From an uncultured delta proteobacterium (GTDB lineage: Bacteria; Myxococcota_A; UBA9160; UBA4427), in NCBI GenBank assembly GCA_963822965.1, contig CAWGJT010000005.1, positions 224,001-288,000 on the forward strand: DNA of 64,000 nucleotides. The letters are read 5' to 3'. Below, piece by piece: positions 18,297-28,603 of the stretch (positions within the stretch are counted from its first letter, which is position 1; every line of letters starts with the position of its first letter). Under the pieces are notes generated by a model, which saw only the letters and a list, made by a program, of their open reading frames with translations, did not search any database and was not told the DNA's origin. The position numbers and the translations under genes are program-made.

Positions 18297-19538
18297 TCAG
18301 CCCCCCAGCACCGAGGGGTCGCGACACAGGTCCTTGGTGATGTTCTTGTGATGCGCCTCCAGCGTTCCGCCGCCGATCTCGAGCAGCTTCGCGTCCCGCC
18401 ACAGCCGCTGCACGACGTACTCGCCCATGTAGCCGTTGCCGCCCAGCACCTGCACCGCGGCGTCCGCGGCGCGCTTGGCGACCTGAGAGGCGAACAGCTT
18501 CGTCGCGTCTGCGTCGAGCCGCTGCCCCGTCTCGGACAGCGAGAGACGGCGCGCCGTGTCGTAGACGAAGGTCCGGGCCGCCCGATACTCGGCGAAGGAC
18601 TCCGCGACGTAGCGCTGGATCTGTCCGTGCTCCCGGATGGGAACGCCGAAGGTCTTTCGCTCGTTCGCGTAGCCGACCATCACGCGCAGGCAGCGTTCGG
18701 CGATGCCCACCGCCTGGGCGGCGAGGGTGAGCCGCTCGATCTCGAGGTTGCGCATCATGTGCAGGGTGCCCTGCCCCGGCTCGCCCAGCCGGTTGCGGGC
18801 GGGGATGGGCACGTCCTCGAAGACCAGCTCGGCGGTGAACGAGGCTCGCATGCCGAGCTTGTCCGTCCACTTCTGGCCCAGCGCGAAGCCGGGCATGCCC
18901 TTCTCGACGAGGAAGCTCGAGATCTCGCGCTCCCCCGTCCGCGCGTAGACGATGAAGACGTCGCCCAGGGTGTCCGCGTCGATGCCGCCGTTGGTGATGA
19001 ACGTCTTCGTGCCGTTCAGCACGTAGCCGTCACCGCGAGCGACGGCGGTCGTGCGGAGCGCGAGGACGTCGGTGCCGACCTCGGGCTCCGTCATGCACAG
19101 CCCCCCGATCCACTCGCCCGAGGCCGCCCGGGGCAGGATGCGGGCGCGCTGCTCGTCGTTGCCGTTGACCGCCAGGTTCTGTGCGAAGAGGATGCTGTGG
19201 GCCAGCACGGCGAGCCCGAACCCCGGGTCGGAGGTGGAGAGCACCTCGAGCAGCTGCACCGCCGCGACCGCGTCGAGACCGGCGCCTCCGAAGCGCTCGG
19301 GCAGCGTCACCCCCAGGAGCCCCAGCTCGCCGGCGCGGCGGAAGAGCGCGTGGTTGAACGTCTCCGTTCGGTCGTGCTCGGCGGCCTGGGGCTCGACCTC
19401 GCGCGCCGTGAACTCCCGCAGGGTGCGGGCGAACAGGGCGTGCTCGTCCGTGGGCGCGAAGAGATCGAGCTTTCGGAGCAGATCGTCCGGAGTCCCCGGC
19501 CCGGGGATCGGATCGGGGTCGGCGGCGGCGTCGCGCAA
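18297..19538 (-). CDS. Acyl-CoA dehydrogenase (isovaleryl-CoA dehydrogenase-like)
   Basis: LCMTEPEVGTD, LNGTKTFITNG, DKLGMRAS, QVLGGNGY, RDAKLLEIGGGT. Confidence 0.92.
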   Translation of the reverse strand: MRDAAADPDPIPGPGTPDDLLRKLDLFAPTDEHALFARTLREFTAREVEPQAAEHDRTETFNHALFRRAGELGLLGVTLPERFGGAGLDAVAAVQLLEVLSTSDPGFGLAVLAHSILFAQNLAVNGNDEQRARILPRAASGEWIGGLCMTEPEVGTDVLALRTTAVARGDGYVLNGTKTFITNGGIDADTLGDVFIVYARTGEREISSFLVEKGMPGFALGQKWTDKLGMRASFTAELVFEDVPIPARNRLGEPGQGTLHMMRNLEIERLTLAAQAVGIAERCLRVMVGYANERKTFGVPIREHGQIQRYVAESFAEYRAARTFVYDTARRLSLSETGQRLDADATKLFASQVAKRAADAAVQVLGGNGYMGEYVVQRLWRDAKLLEIGGGTLEAHHKNITKDLCRDPSVLGG

Positions 19539-19565
19539 GGGAGCCTCCCGGGTTGCGCGACGAGT

Positions 19566-20261
19566 CTATCCGGTCGTCGAGCCGCCCGCAGGATCCCGCG
19601 ATAGGGCGGTCACCACGAAGGCCGCGATGGCCTGCCGGATGCGGGGAGAGATCGAGCTGAACACGAGCCCGAGGTCCGGCAGCAGCTGGTAGGCGGTCTC
19701 GGCCCGCACGTGCACGGTGCCCACCCCGGGCAGATCGAAGGCGAGCTGCAGCGCGGTGCCGAGGGGCACGGTCTCGGAGCCGTGCAGCAGGCAGCCGTTC
19801 TCCGACAGCGACACGACCTCGGCGTTCCACTCGCGTCCCGAGCGGCGGCACACCGCGGGCAGCCGCGTCGCCACCCGCAACGACGTGCGCGGGCGGTCCT
19901 CGAGAACCTGCTGCAGCACGCGATAGAGGTCGTGCATGCCCACCGGCGGCTTCACCGCCGCGACGACGCGCGGATCCACGTCCCGATCGGCGCCGCTTCG
20001 GGTCAGGAGCACGACGGGAACGCGCGGCTCGGCGTCCCCGGGAGCGGGCAGCTCCCGCAGCCGGGCCTCGTCCACGAGGAAGAGATCGGGAAGGTGACGC
20101 GCGTCACCTTCGTCGCCCTCACGCCGGCGCCGCTTCTCGAAGCGTTCCGGCGAAACGATCTCGTACCCGAGACGGGCCAGGATCGGCACCGTCCCCTCGG
20201 CGAAGCCGTCAGCGCTCGCGTAGGCCACGAGGATGCGACACGGCAGGGAATGCGGGGGCAT
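19566..20261 (-). CDS. Degenerate receiver domain fused to a PilZ domain
   Basis: C-terminal RPRTSLR (RxxxR) and SLSENG. N-terminal receiver-like ILVA...PDLFLVD...VVLLT...KPP. Confidence 0.7.
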   Translation of the reverse strand: MPPHSLPCRILVAYASADGFAEGTVPILARLGYEIVSPERFEKRRRREGDEGDARHLPDLFLVDEARLRELPAPGDAEPRVPVVLLTRSGADRDVDPRVVAAVKPPVGMHDLYRVLQQVLEDRPRTSLRVATRLPAVCRRSGREWNAEVVSLSENGCLLHGSETVPLGTALQLAFDLPGVGTVHVRAETAYQLLPDLGLVFSSISPRIRQAIAAFVVTALSRDPAGGSTTG

Positions 20262-20356
20262 GGCGCTCTGGATCGGCCCGATCGACCGCCGAGTTGAGTG
20301 ACTTCATCACTCGCAAAGCCGTGACCTGCACACAGGATTCGATAGAATTGCCACCC

Positions 20357-21100
20357 GTGGAGCCCGATCGCAATCTGGCATCGTGGCTGATCGCGCATCG
20401 TCGCGAGATCGAGAGCCTCATGAAGGTGCGGCTCGGGCCCGCCGCGCCGAACCCGGGCTCTCCCGAGAGCGAGGCGCTGCGCCGCTTCCGCAGCTTCCTG
20501 TGCGCGGCGCTGGTCCGCGGCGCGGGCTCGGCGCCCGCCCTCGACGGGCTTCGCCTCAACGAACGCCGCGTGATGGCGCTGCTCGAAGCGTGGACCGCGG
20601 CCGCCGCCGGCACCCTCGAGACCCAACCGCCCGCGGACCTCCGCCGGCTCCTGCAGCCCTTCCTGGATCAGTTCCGGCTCTCGATCCGCACCACCAGCAA
20701 CGGACGCCGGGAGCGCGGGCGGCCCCGGGCCACGCGGCGGGCCGTGTCGGCGGCCATCGACCGGGTGGCGGACGCCTTCCTGGCGATCGACACGGGGACC
20801 GGCGAGATCGTGGACGCGAACCCGGCCGCGGGCTCGCTGCTCGGCGTGAATCGCGACGCCCTGCTGGGCGTGGACGCCTTCTCGTTCGTTCCCCGCACCG
20901 GCCACGCCGGCTGGTGGACCCAGCTCGACGCCATGAGCGAGGACGGCGACACGCGCAGCTTCCTGGCGCGCCTGGTGGATGCCAGCGGGGGGCCGCTCGA
21001 GGTGGATGCGACGATGACCCGCTTCGCGTCACGGGGGCGGGTGCTGGCCCTCTTGATGGTGCGGCCGCGCCCCCTCGCCCCGCCTCTTACGGTGAGCTGA
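20357..21100 (+). CDS. PAS-domain protein
   Basis: DAFLAIDTGTGEIVDANPAAGSLLG...LLG PAS signature. GTG 20357 follows TAGAAT. Confidence 0.75.
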   Translation: MEPDRNLASWLIAHRREIESLMKVRLGPAAPNPGSPESEALRRFRSFLCAALVRGAGSAPALDGLRLNERRVMALLEAWTAAAAGTLETQPPADLRRLLQPFLDQFRLSIRTTSNGRRERGRPRATRRAVSAAIDRVADAFLAIDTGTGEIVDANPAAGSLLGVNRDALLGVDAFSFVPRTGHAGWWTQLDAMSEDGDTRSFLARLVDASGGPLEVDATMTRFASRGRVLALLMVRPRPLAPPLTVS

Positions 21101-21306
21101 AGGCTCTTACGGTGAGCTGAAGGCTCTTACGGTGAGCTGAAGGCTCTTACGGTGAGCTGAAGGCTCTTACGGTGAGCTGAAGGCTCTTACGGTGAGCTGA
21201 AGGCTCTTACGGTGAGCTGAAGGCTCTTACGGTGAGCTGAAGGCTCTTACGGTGAGCTGAAGGCTCTTACGGTGAGCTGAGGGCTCTTACGGTGAGCTGA
21301 AGGCTC
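21084..21306. repeat. 20-bp tandem array (AGGCTCTTACGGTGAGCTGA), about 11 copies
   Basis: Ten full units at 21101-21300 (one A>G variant at 21281) plus partial units at both ends; no spacers. Confidence 0.98.
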
Positions 21307-21310
21307 GGGG

Positions 21311-22708
21311 TCAGTACTTCCGGATCGCCTCGGCGAGGGCGATGACCACCTTCTTCGCGTCGCCGAAGATCATCATCGTGTTGTCGTTGTAGAAGAGCTG
21401 GTTCTCGATGCCCGCGAAGCCCGGGTTCATGCTGCGCTTGATCACGAACACGTGCTGCGCTCGGTCGACGTCGAGGATCGGCATGCCGTAGATGGGGCTG
21501 CCCTTCTCGGTGCGCGCGGCCGGGTTCACCACGTCGTTCGCACCGATCACCAGCGCCACGTCCGTCTCGGAGAACTGGGGGTTGATCTCGTCCATCTCGA
21601 TGAGCTTGTCGTAGGGGACGTCCGCCTCCGCCAGCAGCACGTTCATGTGACCGGGCATGCGACCCGCCACCGGGTGGATCGCGAAGGTCACGTCGATCCC
21701 CTTCTCGGTGAGCGTGTCCGCGAGGTCGCGAACGGCGTGCTGCGCCTGGGCGACGGCCATGCCGTAGCCCGGCACCACGATGCACGAGCGGGCGTTCGAG
21801 AAGATGACCGCCGCGTCCTCGGACGTGTACGCCTTCACGTTTCCGCGATGCACGGCCTCGGCCCCGCCGGCCGACGCCGCGGGTGCGGCGCCGAAGGCGC
21901 CGAAGAGGACGTTGGTGAGCGATCGGTTCATCGCATCGCACATGATCTTCGTGAGGATGATCCCCGACGCGCCCACCAGGGCGCCGCTCACCACCAGGGC
22001 GCTGTTGTCGAGGACGAAGCCCGTCGCACAGGCCGCGAGGCCCGAATACGAGTTCAGGAGCGAGATCACCACCGGCATGTCCGCACCGCCGATGGGGATC
22101 ACCAGTAGGACGCCCAGCAGCAGCGAGAGCCCCATCAGCGCCCAGAAGGCGGTCAGCTGGGTCGGATCCGTCGCCACCATGAAGCACAGGCCGAAGCCCA
22201 CCAGGGCGATCAGCCCGTTCACCACCTGCTGGCCGGGATAGGTGATGGGCGCGGTGGTCATCACCTCCTGGAGCTTCGCGAAGGCGATGAGGCTGCCCGT
22301 GAGGGTCACCGAGCCGATCAGCACGGACAGGACGATGGCCGTGGGCACGATGCCCGTGGGCGTGACGCCCTTGTCGACGACGTTGGCGATCAGGTCGGCG
22401 CCGGCCACCAGCGCCGAGGCCGCGCCGCCCAGGCCGTTCAGCAGCGCCACCATCTGGGGCATGGCGGTCATCGCCACGCGCAGGGCCACGAACACGCCCG
22501 CGGCGGCGCCGAGGGCGGCGCCCGCGGCGATCCAGCGCAGGTCGACGACCTCGGATTCGGCCAGCGTCGCCAGGACCGCGATCAGCATGCCGACCGCCGC
22601 GATCAAATTGCCGCGCGGCGCGGACTTCGGCGACGAGAGCATGCGCAGACCGAGGATGAAGAGAACCGCGGCGAGCAGGTAGGCGAGCTGGATCAGCGTG
22701 CTGTTCAC
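21311..22708 (-). CDS. pntB: NAD(P) transhydrogenase beta subunit
   Basis: MTAMPQMVALLNGLGG, IPIGGADMPVVISLLNSYSG, IHPVAGRMPGHMNVLLAEA, GANDVVNPAA. Confidence 0.97.
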   Translation of the reverse strand: MNSTLIQLAYLLAAVLFILGLRMLSSPKSAPRGNLIAAVGMLIAVLATLAESEVVDLRWIAAGAALGAAAGVFVALRVAMTAMPQMVALLNGLGGAASALVAGADLIANVVDKGVTPTGIVPTAIVLSVLIGSVTLTGSLIAFAKLQEVMTTAPITYPGQQVVNGLIALVGFGLCFMVATDPTQLTAFWALMGLSLLLGVLLVIPIGGADMPVVISLLNSYSGLAACATGFVLDNSALVVSGALVGASGIILTKIMCDAMNRSLTNVLFGAFGAAPAASAGGAEAVHRGNVKAYTSEDAAVIFSNARSCIVVPGYGMAVAQAQHAVRDLADTLTEKGIDVTFAIHPVAGRMPGHMNVLLAEADVPYDKLIEMDEINPQFSETDVALVIGANDVVNPAARTEKGSPIYGMPILDVDRAQHVFVIKRSMNPGFAGIENQLFYNDNTMMIFGDAKKVVIALAEAIRKY

Positions 22709-22998
22709 GGCCGGTCCTTCCGCTTGAACATGGCGAGCATGCGGTCGGTCACCAGGAAGCCGCCGACCACGTTGAAGGTGGCGAAGGCCGTCGCGAAGAA
22801 CCCCAGGAGGGTGGCGGTGAGACCGTGCTCGCTGCCCGCGGCCAGGATCGCGCCCACGATGCTGATGCCCGAGATCGCGTTCGAGCCGGACATGAGCGGG
22901 GTGTGGAGCAGCGGGGGCACCTTCGAGATCACCTCGAAGCCCACGAAGAAGGCAAGCACCAGAATCGTCAGGGCCGCAACGGCCGGAACCTCGAGCAT
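22705..22998 (-). CDS. pntAB: NAD(P) transhydrogenase alpha subunit, membrane part
   Basis: VISKVPPLLHTPLMSGSNAISG, NVVGGFLVTDRMLAMFK. Confidence 0.95.
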   Translation of the reverse strand: MLEVPAVAALTILVLAFFVGFEVISKVPPLLHTPLMSGSNAISGISIVGAILAAGSEHGLTATLLGFFATAFATFNVVGGFLVTDRMLAMFKRKDRP

Positions 22999-24167
22999 CA
23001 GCCCTCCGCCGGACCGGCGCCCAGCAGGCTCCGGACCCTCTCGTTCACGACGTTTCCCTCGTGGCTGATCAACGTCCCGCTGGTGATCTCGTCCTCGAGG
23101 TCGATCTTGAGCCGCCCTTCCTCGAGCAGGTGCTGCAGGAAGGTGACCACGTTCCTGGCATAGAGCTGGCTCGCGTGCGCGGGCACCCGCGACGGCAGGT
23201 TCGTGGGGCCCATGACGGTCACGCCGTGGGCGATGATCACCTGGTCGGCCTGGGTGCAGGCGCAGTTGCCGCCCTTCTCGGCCGCCAGGTCCACGATCAC
23301 CGAGCCGGGGCGCATGGCCTTCACGGCGGCCTCCTCGATCAGCAGCGGCGCCTGCTGGCCGGGGACCAGGGCGGTCGTGATGACCACGTCCGACTTCGCG
23401 ACGTGCTCTCCCAGCAGCTCCCGCTGCCGCTGGTAGAACTCCTCGGTCTGCGCCTTCGCGTAGCCCCCGGCGTCCTCGGAGCCGCCCGTGTCCAGGTCGA
23501 GCTCGACGAAGCGCGCGCCCAGGCTCTGCACCTGCTCCTTGACCACGGGCCGCGTGTCGTAGCCGGACGTGACCGCACCGAGCCGCTTGGCGGTGCCCAG
23601 GGCCTGGAGCCCCGCCACGCCCGCCCCGATCACCAGCAGCTTCGACGGCTTCAGGGTGCCGGCCGCGGTGACCATCATGGGGAAGATGCGCGGCAGCGCG
23701 CCGGCGGCCATCAGCACCGCCTCGTAGCCCGCGAGACTGCTCTGGGACGAGAGCGCGTCCATCGCCTGGGCGCGCGTGATGCGCGGCATGAACTCCATCG
23801 CGAACGCGGTGATCCGCCGCTTGGCGAGGCGCTCGGCCAGCTGGGGCTCGTCCAGGGGTTTCAGAAGCGAGATGAGCGCGGCACCTTCGGTGATCAGGTC
23901 CACCTCGTGCGACGCGTCGCCCGATCCCAGAGGCTGCGGGGGCTGCACCTTCAGGATGACATCTGCACCGCCGAGCACCTGGGCCGCGGTCTGGGCGAGC
24001 CGCGCGCCGGCATTCTCGTACTCGCCGTCGATGTGGCCGGACTCCACGCCCGCGCCACTCTGCACGAGCACTTCGACTCCCGCGTCGACGAGGGTCTTCA
24101 CCGCTGCCGGCTCCAACGCCACGCGGCGTTCGCCCGCTAGAACTTCCCGAGGGATTCCGATGATCAC
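22998..24167 (-). CDS. pntAA: NAD(P) transhydrogenase alpha subunit, NAD(H)-binding part
   Basis: IGIPRE...ERRVA, PRITRAQAMDALSS, GAGVAGLQA, GGYAK, DLAAEKGGNC. GTG 24167. Confidence 0.95.
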   Translation of the reverse strand: MIIGIPREVLAGERRVALEPAAVKTLVDAGVEVLVQSGAGVESGHIDGEYENAGARLAQTAAQVLGGADVILKVQPPQPLGSGDASHEVDLITEGAALISLLKPLDEPQLAERLAKRRITAFAMEFMPRITRAQAMDALSSQSSLAGYEAVLMAAGALPRIFPMMVTAAGTLKPSKLLVIGAGVAGLQALGTAKRLGAVTSGYDTRPVVKEQVQSLGARFVELDLDTGGSEDAGGYAKAQTEEFYQRQRELLGEHVAKSDVVITTALVPGQQAPLLIEEAAVKAMRPGSVIVDLAAEKGGNCACTQADQVIIAHGVTVMGPTNLPSRVPAHASQLYARNVVTFLQHLLEEGRLKIDLEDEITSGTLISHEGNVVNERVRSLLGAGPAEG

Positions 24168-24356
24168 GAGCGGGCTCCAGCTTCGAGTCCGAGGTCGCGC
24201 GCGGCCGGGCCGGCGGCGATCCTGGCTTTGCGTCCGGTCTCTTGGTTTGGGTCCGGTAGTGGATCCCGGGCCCGAGCCGTTCCACCGGAGGGTGGAGCCG
24301 GGCCGAGGCGGGACCTTACCGGCGAAGCACGGGGACTGCCAATGAGGAAACCCGGA

Positions 24357-25166
24357 ATGTCGGGCGCCGAAGAGGCCGATTGGGAGGCCTCCGGGGCCTC
24401 GGCGCGCGTGCTGGTGGGGCGTCTCGGCCCCCATCCGGCGACCCGGCTGGGACTCGATCTCGACGAGGGAGACGAGGACGACCTGGGGCGGTGGCTGGTG
24501 GCCAGCATCGTGCTGGGCGGGCGGGTGCCCGAGCCTGTCGCCCTCGCCGCCTGCGGTCGCCTGGCGGCGTCCGGCCTCGCGACGCCCGCGGCCGTCGCCG
24601 GCGGAGAGCACGCGGCGATCGAGCATCTGCTCGACGAAGCCCGTCTGCCGAAGAGCGAAGCCACCGCGGCCCTGCTCGTGCGCGTCTGCCGAGCGCTCGT
24701 CGCGCAGCACGGCGGCGCCATCGAGCCTCTCGCGTCGGGCGCCGACGACCTCGAGTCCCTGGCCCACCGGCTCTCGCGACTCGCGCCGGGCTTCGGACGC
24801 GCCGCGGTGCTGCGCTTCCTGACGCCCCTGCGCACCCGCTGGAGCGCCGCCGGCGACCTGCCCGCGACACCCGCAGTGTGCGCGGCGGCCCGCGACCTGG
24901 GCTTCCTGTCGGAGACCCAGGACGAGCAGGCCGCACCCGCGAGCCTGGCCCGCTGGCTCTCGGGCAGTGGATCGCGCGGCGACGGCGCGTCCGAGCCCAC
25001 GGACGCCCGAGGCTTCGTGCCGGCGCCGCGCGATCTCGAGGCCGCCCTCGGCCGCCTGGGGCGGGCGGCCTGCTTGCGAGGTCGTGTGGCACGCTGTCTG
25101 CTGGGCTCCGCCTGTCCGCGAAGATCCGCGACGCGTGGGATGCCCGGCGAGGAGCCCTTCGAATGA
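24357..25166 (+). CDS. Hypothetical protein, possibly degenerate HhH-GPD/endonuclease III-like
   Basis: WLVASIVLGGRV...GLATPAAV...HGG...LAPGFGRAAVLRFL (HhH-like) and C-terminal C-x6-C-x5-C. Confidence 0.5.
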   Translation: MSGAEEADWEASGASARVLVGRLGPHPATRLGLDLDEGDEDDLGRWLVASIVLGGRVPEPVALAACGRLAASGLATPAAVAGGEHAAIEHLLDEARLPKSEATAALLVRVCRALVAQHGGAIEPLASGADDLESLAHRLSRLAPGFGRAAVLRFLTPLRTRWSAAGDLPATPAVCAAARDLGFLSETQDEQAAPASLARWLSGSGSRGDGASEPTDARGFVPAPRDLEAALGRLGRAACLRGRVARCLLGSACPRRSATRGMPGEEPFE

Positions 25167-26011
25167 GTGGAACGAGTCGAACGAGCCGGATGAGCCCGCG
25201 CCGGCACGGCCCGCGCGGCCGGAAGGCCGGCCTTCGCATTGCGGGCGTCCTGCTGGCTCTCGCCGCGCTGGCGACGCCCGCCCCGAGCCGGGCGGAGCCG
25301 CCCCCCGACGTCTGGGCCGCGTGGGCGGAGATCCTGTCGGCCCACACCCGCGCGGTGGACTCGACGGTCGGCACCACCGTCGACTACCGCGCGCTCTCGA
25401 GCCCTCCGGTCGCCGCGAGCTGGCGCGCCCTGGTGGACGGCCTGGCCGTGCTCCCCGCTCCCACGAGCCGCGCGGAGAAGCTCGCCCTCTGGATCAACGC
25501 CTACAACATCCTGGCCATCGACACCGTCGTACACAGCTACCCGATCGACAGCATTCGCGACGTGGGCAGCTTCCTGCGCCCGGTGTGGAAGCGCCGGGCC
25601 GGCGTCGTGGCGGGCCGCACGGTGAGCCTGGACGAGGTCGAGCACGCCATCCTGCGGCCCCTGGGCGATCCGCGCATGCACGCCGCCATCGTCTGCGCCT
25701 CGACGTCGTGCCCCTCCCTGCGCCGCGAGCCCTTCACGGCAGCGCGACTCGACGCCGAGCTCGACGGGGCCATGCGCGGCTGGCTCGCGAGCCCCACGAA
25801 GGGCCTTCGGATCGACCGCGAGGGGGAGCGCATCACCGTGAGCCGCATCTTCCACTGGTTCGCGGGGGACTTCGACGCCCTGGGCGGCGTCCGCGCCGTC
25901 GTCACTCGCTATGCGCCGGAAGCCGACCGCACCTGGCTGCAGCAGCATGCCGACGACGCGACCCTCGACTACTTCGACTACGACTGGTCGCTCAACGACT
26001 TCCGGCGCTGA
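25163..26011 (+). CDS. DUF547 exported protein
   Basis: LALWINAYN, LDEVEHAILR..DPRMHAAIVCASTSCPSL, SRIFHWFAGDF, YDWSLN. Confidence 0.9.
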   Translation: MSGTSRTSRMSPRRHGPRGRKAGLRIAGVLLALAALATPAPSRAEPPPDVWAAWAEILSAHTRAVDSTVGTTVDYRALSSPPVAASWRALVDGLAVLPAPTSRAEKLALWINAYNILAIDTVVHSYPIDSIRDVGSFLRPVWKRRAGVVAGRTVSLDEVEHAILRPLGDPRMHAAIVCASTSCPSLRREPFTAARLDAELDGAMRGWLASPTKGLRIDREGERITVSRIFHWFAGDFDALGGVRAVVTRYAPEADRTWLQQHADDATLDYFDYDWSLNDFRR

Positions 26012-26150
26012 ATCCCGGGATCGCGTCCCCCCAAGCGAGGGGACGCCCCGGGACGGCGTGGCAGCCCCCTGCGCCGGCTACTACTTTCCCCGCCCCGAGA
26101 ATCCGCCCCGCGACGTCCGTCCTGGGTCACCCAAAGCCGAGAGGGTCCCG

Positions 26151-27256
26151 ATGAGCTCCCCCCGCGTCATCCGCAAGAAGACCGGCAACTTCCTCGAGGA
26201 CTTCGAGCCGGGTCAGCTGCTCCGCCACAAGGGCGGCAAGACCATCACCGAGGGCCTCTTCGCCACCTTCAGCGACTTCTCCATGTCGACGAACCCCCTC
26301 ACCAAGAACGCCCGGGTACGCCCGGGCGCACGGCTTCGAGGGACTCGTCTGCTCCCCCGGTCTCGTGATGCTGGTGAGCTTCAGCCAGACCGTCGAGGAC
26401 ATCTCGGAGAACGCCCGCGCGAACCTCGAGTACATCGACATGCGCTTCGGCGCGCCGGTGTACGTGGGAGACACGATCGAGGTCGAGACGAAGATCCTCG
26501 GCGTCCGGACGTCCTCCAGCCGCCCCGACCTCGGCATCGTCCACGTCCAGTCGACGGCCCGGAAGAACGTCGGCGCCGCGGACGAGGCGATCGTCATGAC
26601 CTGGCAGCGAAAGGTGCAGGTCTACAAGGACGATCTGGACCGGTCGGTGGAGAGCTTCCAGGTCGAGCCCGACGAGGTGGCCTGCGAGCTGTGGCTGCCC
26701 GAGTACCGCCCGGCAACCGACTACAAGTCCCTCGCCCACCTGTTCCGCCCCGACGCCTACTACGAGGACCTCGAGCCCGGAACGCGCATCGAGCACTCGC
26801 GCGGGCGCACGGTCACCGACGAGCACATCCACCTGACGGGCATCCTCGACAACACGAGCCAGGTGCACTGCAACCAGCACATGATCGACCTCGATCCGTC
26901 CCGCTACCTGGGCGGCGAGCTGATCATCTTCGGCGGCATCCCCTTCGTGCTGTGTCTGGGCCTCTCCGGGCCCGACGTGGGCGACAACACCCTGGGCGAC
27001 GTCGTCTACCGGACCGGGCGCCACACGGCGCCGCTGCAGCGCGGGCGACACCGTGTTCGCCGCTACGGAGATCCTCTCGAAGAGCGACTACCCGGGCCGC
27101 CCGGACCTGGGCCTCGTCGAGACCCGACTGCTGGGCCACAAGTTCGTGCGCGAGGAGGGCGCCACGGGGCCCGACGCCCCGGACGGCTGGAAGAAGGTGC
27201 CCATCTTCGAGCTGGAGCGGCAGATCGCCGTCAAGCGCCGCAGCCACTACGCCTGA
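26151..27256 (+). CDS. mch: Mesaconyl-CoA hydratase-like double hot-dog protein (frameshifted near 26310 and 27040)
   Basis: GNFLEDF, QTVEDISENARANLEY..MRFGAPVYVGDT, YYEDLEPG.RIEHSRGRTV, HTAP..AGDT; located next to mcl. Confidence 0.7.
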
Positions 27257-27375
27257 TCCGACGTAGACTTCGCGGCTCGCGATCGCCCGAAGCGCCGCCG
27301 CCCGCCGGGCCGCGAGAGAGCCGAAGAGAAGAAGCCGAGAAAGAACCCGAGAGAGAGCACACGAGAGGAGCGGTC

Positions 27376-28600
27376 TTGCGATTCTACGAGTACGAGGCGA
27401 AGGCCCTCTTCCGCGAAGCACGGCCTGCCCGCTCGGCGAGAGCCGGGTCGTCGGGCTCCGCGCGAAGAAGCCGCGGGCCGCCTTCGAGGCCATCGGCGGG
27501 CCCGTGGTCCTGAAGGGCCAGGTGCTGTCCGGCGGGCGCATGAAGGCCGGCGCGGTGAAGTTCGCCGACACCGCCGCGGAGGCGGCCAGCTCGCTTCGAG
27601 GCGATCCTGCCCGTCGAGGTGAACGGCCAGAAGTCGCGCTCGGTGCTGGTGGAGGAGAAGAGCGCCGGTCGCCCAGGAGTACTTCGCCGCGGTCACCTGG
27701 GACGGCCGGCGCGAAGCAGCCCGTGCTGCGTCTTCAGCGACATGGGCGGCATCGACATCGAAGAGGTGGCCGAGACCCACCCCGAGCACGTCTCGAAGAC
27801 CCACTTCTCCACCATCCTGCCCCTCTCGCCCCACATCGCGAAGGAGGCCGTCGGCGCCACCGGCGTGACGGGCAGCGACCTGAACCGCCTCACGCCGATC
27901 ATCTTCGAGCTGATGCAGCATCTTCCTGCGACTACGACCTGACGCTGGCCGAGATCAACCCGATCGGCGAAGCTCGAGGACGGCCGCTTCGTCGTGCTCG
28001 ACGGCCACGTCGACCTGGAGGCCGAGGCGCGCGGCATCCACAAGGCGCTGCTCGACGGAGCTCGGCATCGGCGACGACGAGACCCGCCAGGCGCGCCCGC
28101 CCACGCCCTTCGAGATCGCGGGCGCCCAGGTGAACGCCGTCGACCACCGCGGCGTCGCCGGCAACGTCGTGGAGTTCGACGGCAACCTGGGCCTGGTGAT
28201 CGGCGCCGGCGGCGGCTCGCTCACGCTCTTCGACGCGGTCCGCAACCACGGCGGCAAGCCCGCCAACTACTGCGAGATCGGCGGCAACCCGAGCGTCTCG
28301 AAGACGACAGCGAGCTCACGAAGCTCATCCTCGTCGAAGCCCGGCGTCGAGAAGATCGCCGTGATGATGAACGTCGTGTCGAACACCCGCGTCGACATCG
28401 TGGCGCGCGGCGTGATCAAGGGCTGCATCGAGTCGGGCCGCGACCCGGCGGAGGCGATCGCCATCTTCCGCATCCCGGGCGCCTGGGAGGAGGAGGGCTT
28501 CAAGATCCTCGCGAAGTACGGCGTCGAGTACTGCGACCGCAGCGTCTCGATGTACGAAGCGGCGGGACGCGCCGTCGCCAAGATGAAGGCGGGGGCCTGA
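27376..28600 (+). CDS. Succinate/malate-CoA ligase-like beta subunit (ATP-grasp; several frameshifts)
   Basis: TTG start RFYEYEAKALF, VVLKGQVLSGGRMKAGAVKF, GGIDIEEVA, AEINP, PANYCEIGGNP. Confidence 0.85.
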
Positions 28601-28603
28601 AGC

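Noticed and set aside
21084..21306. CRISPR array
   Set aside because: Units are contiguous with no unique spacers, and there is no cas operon in the window.
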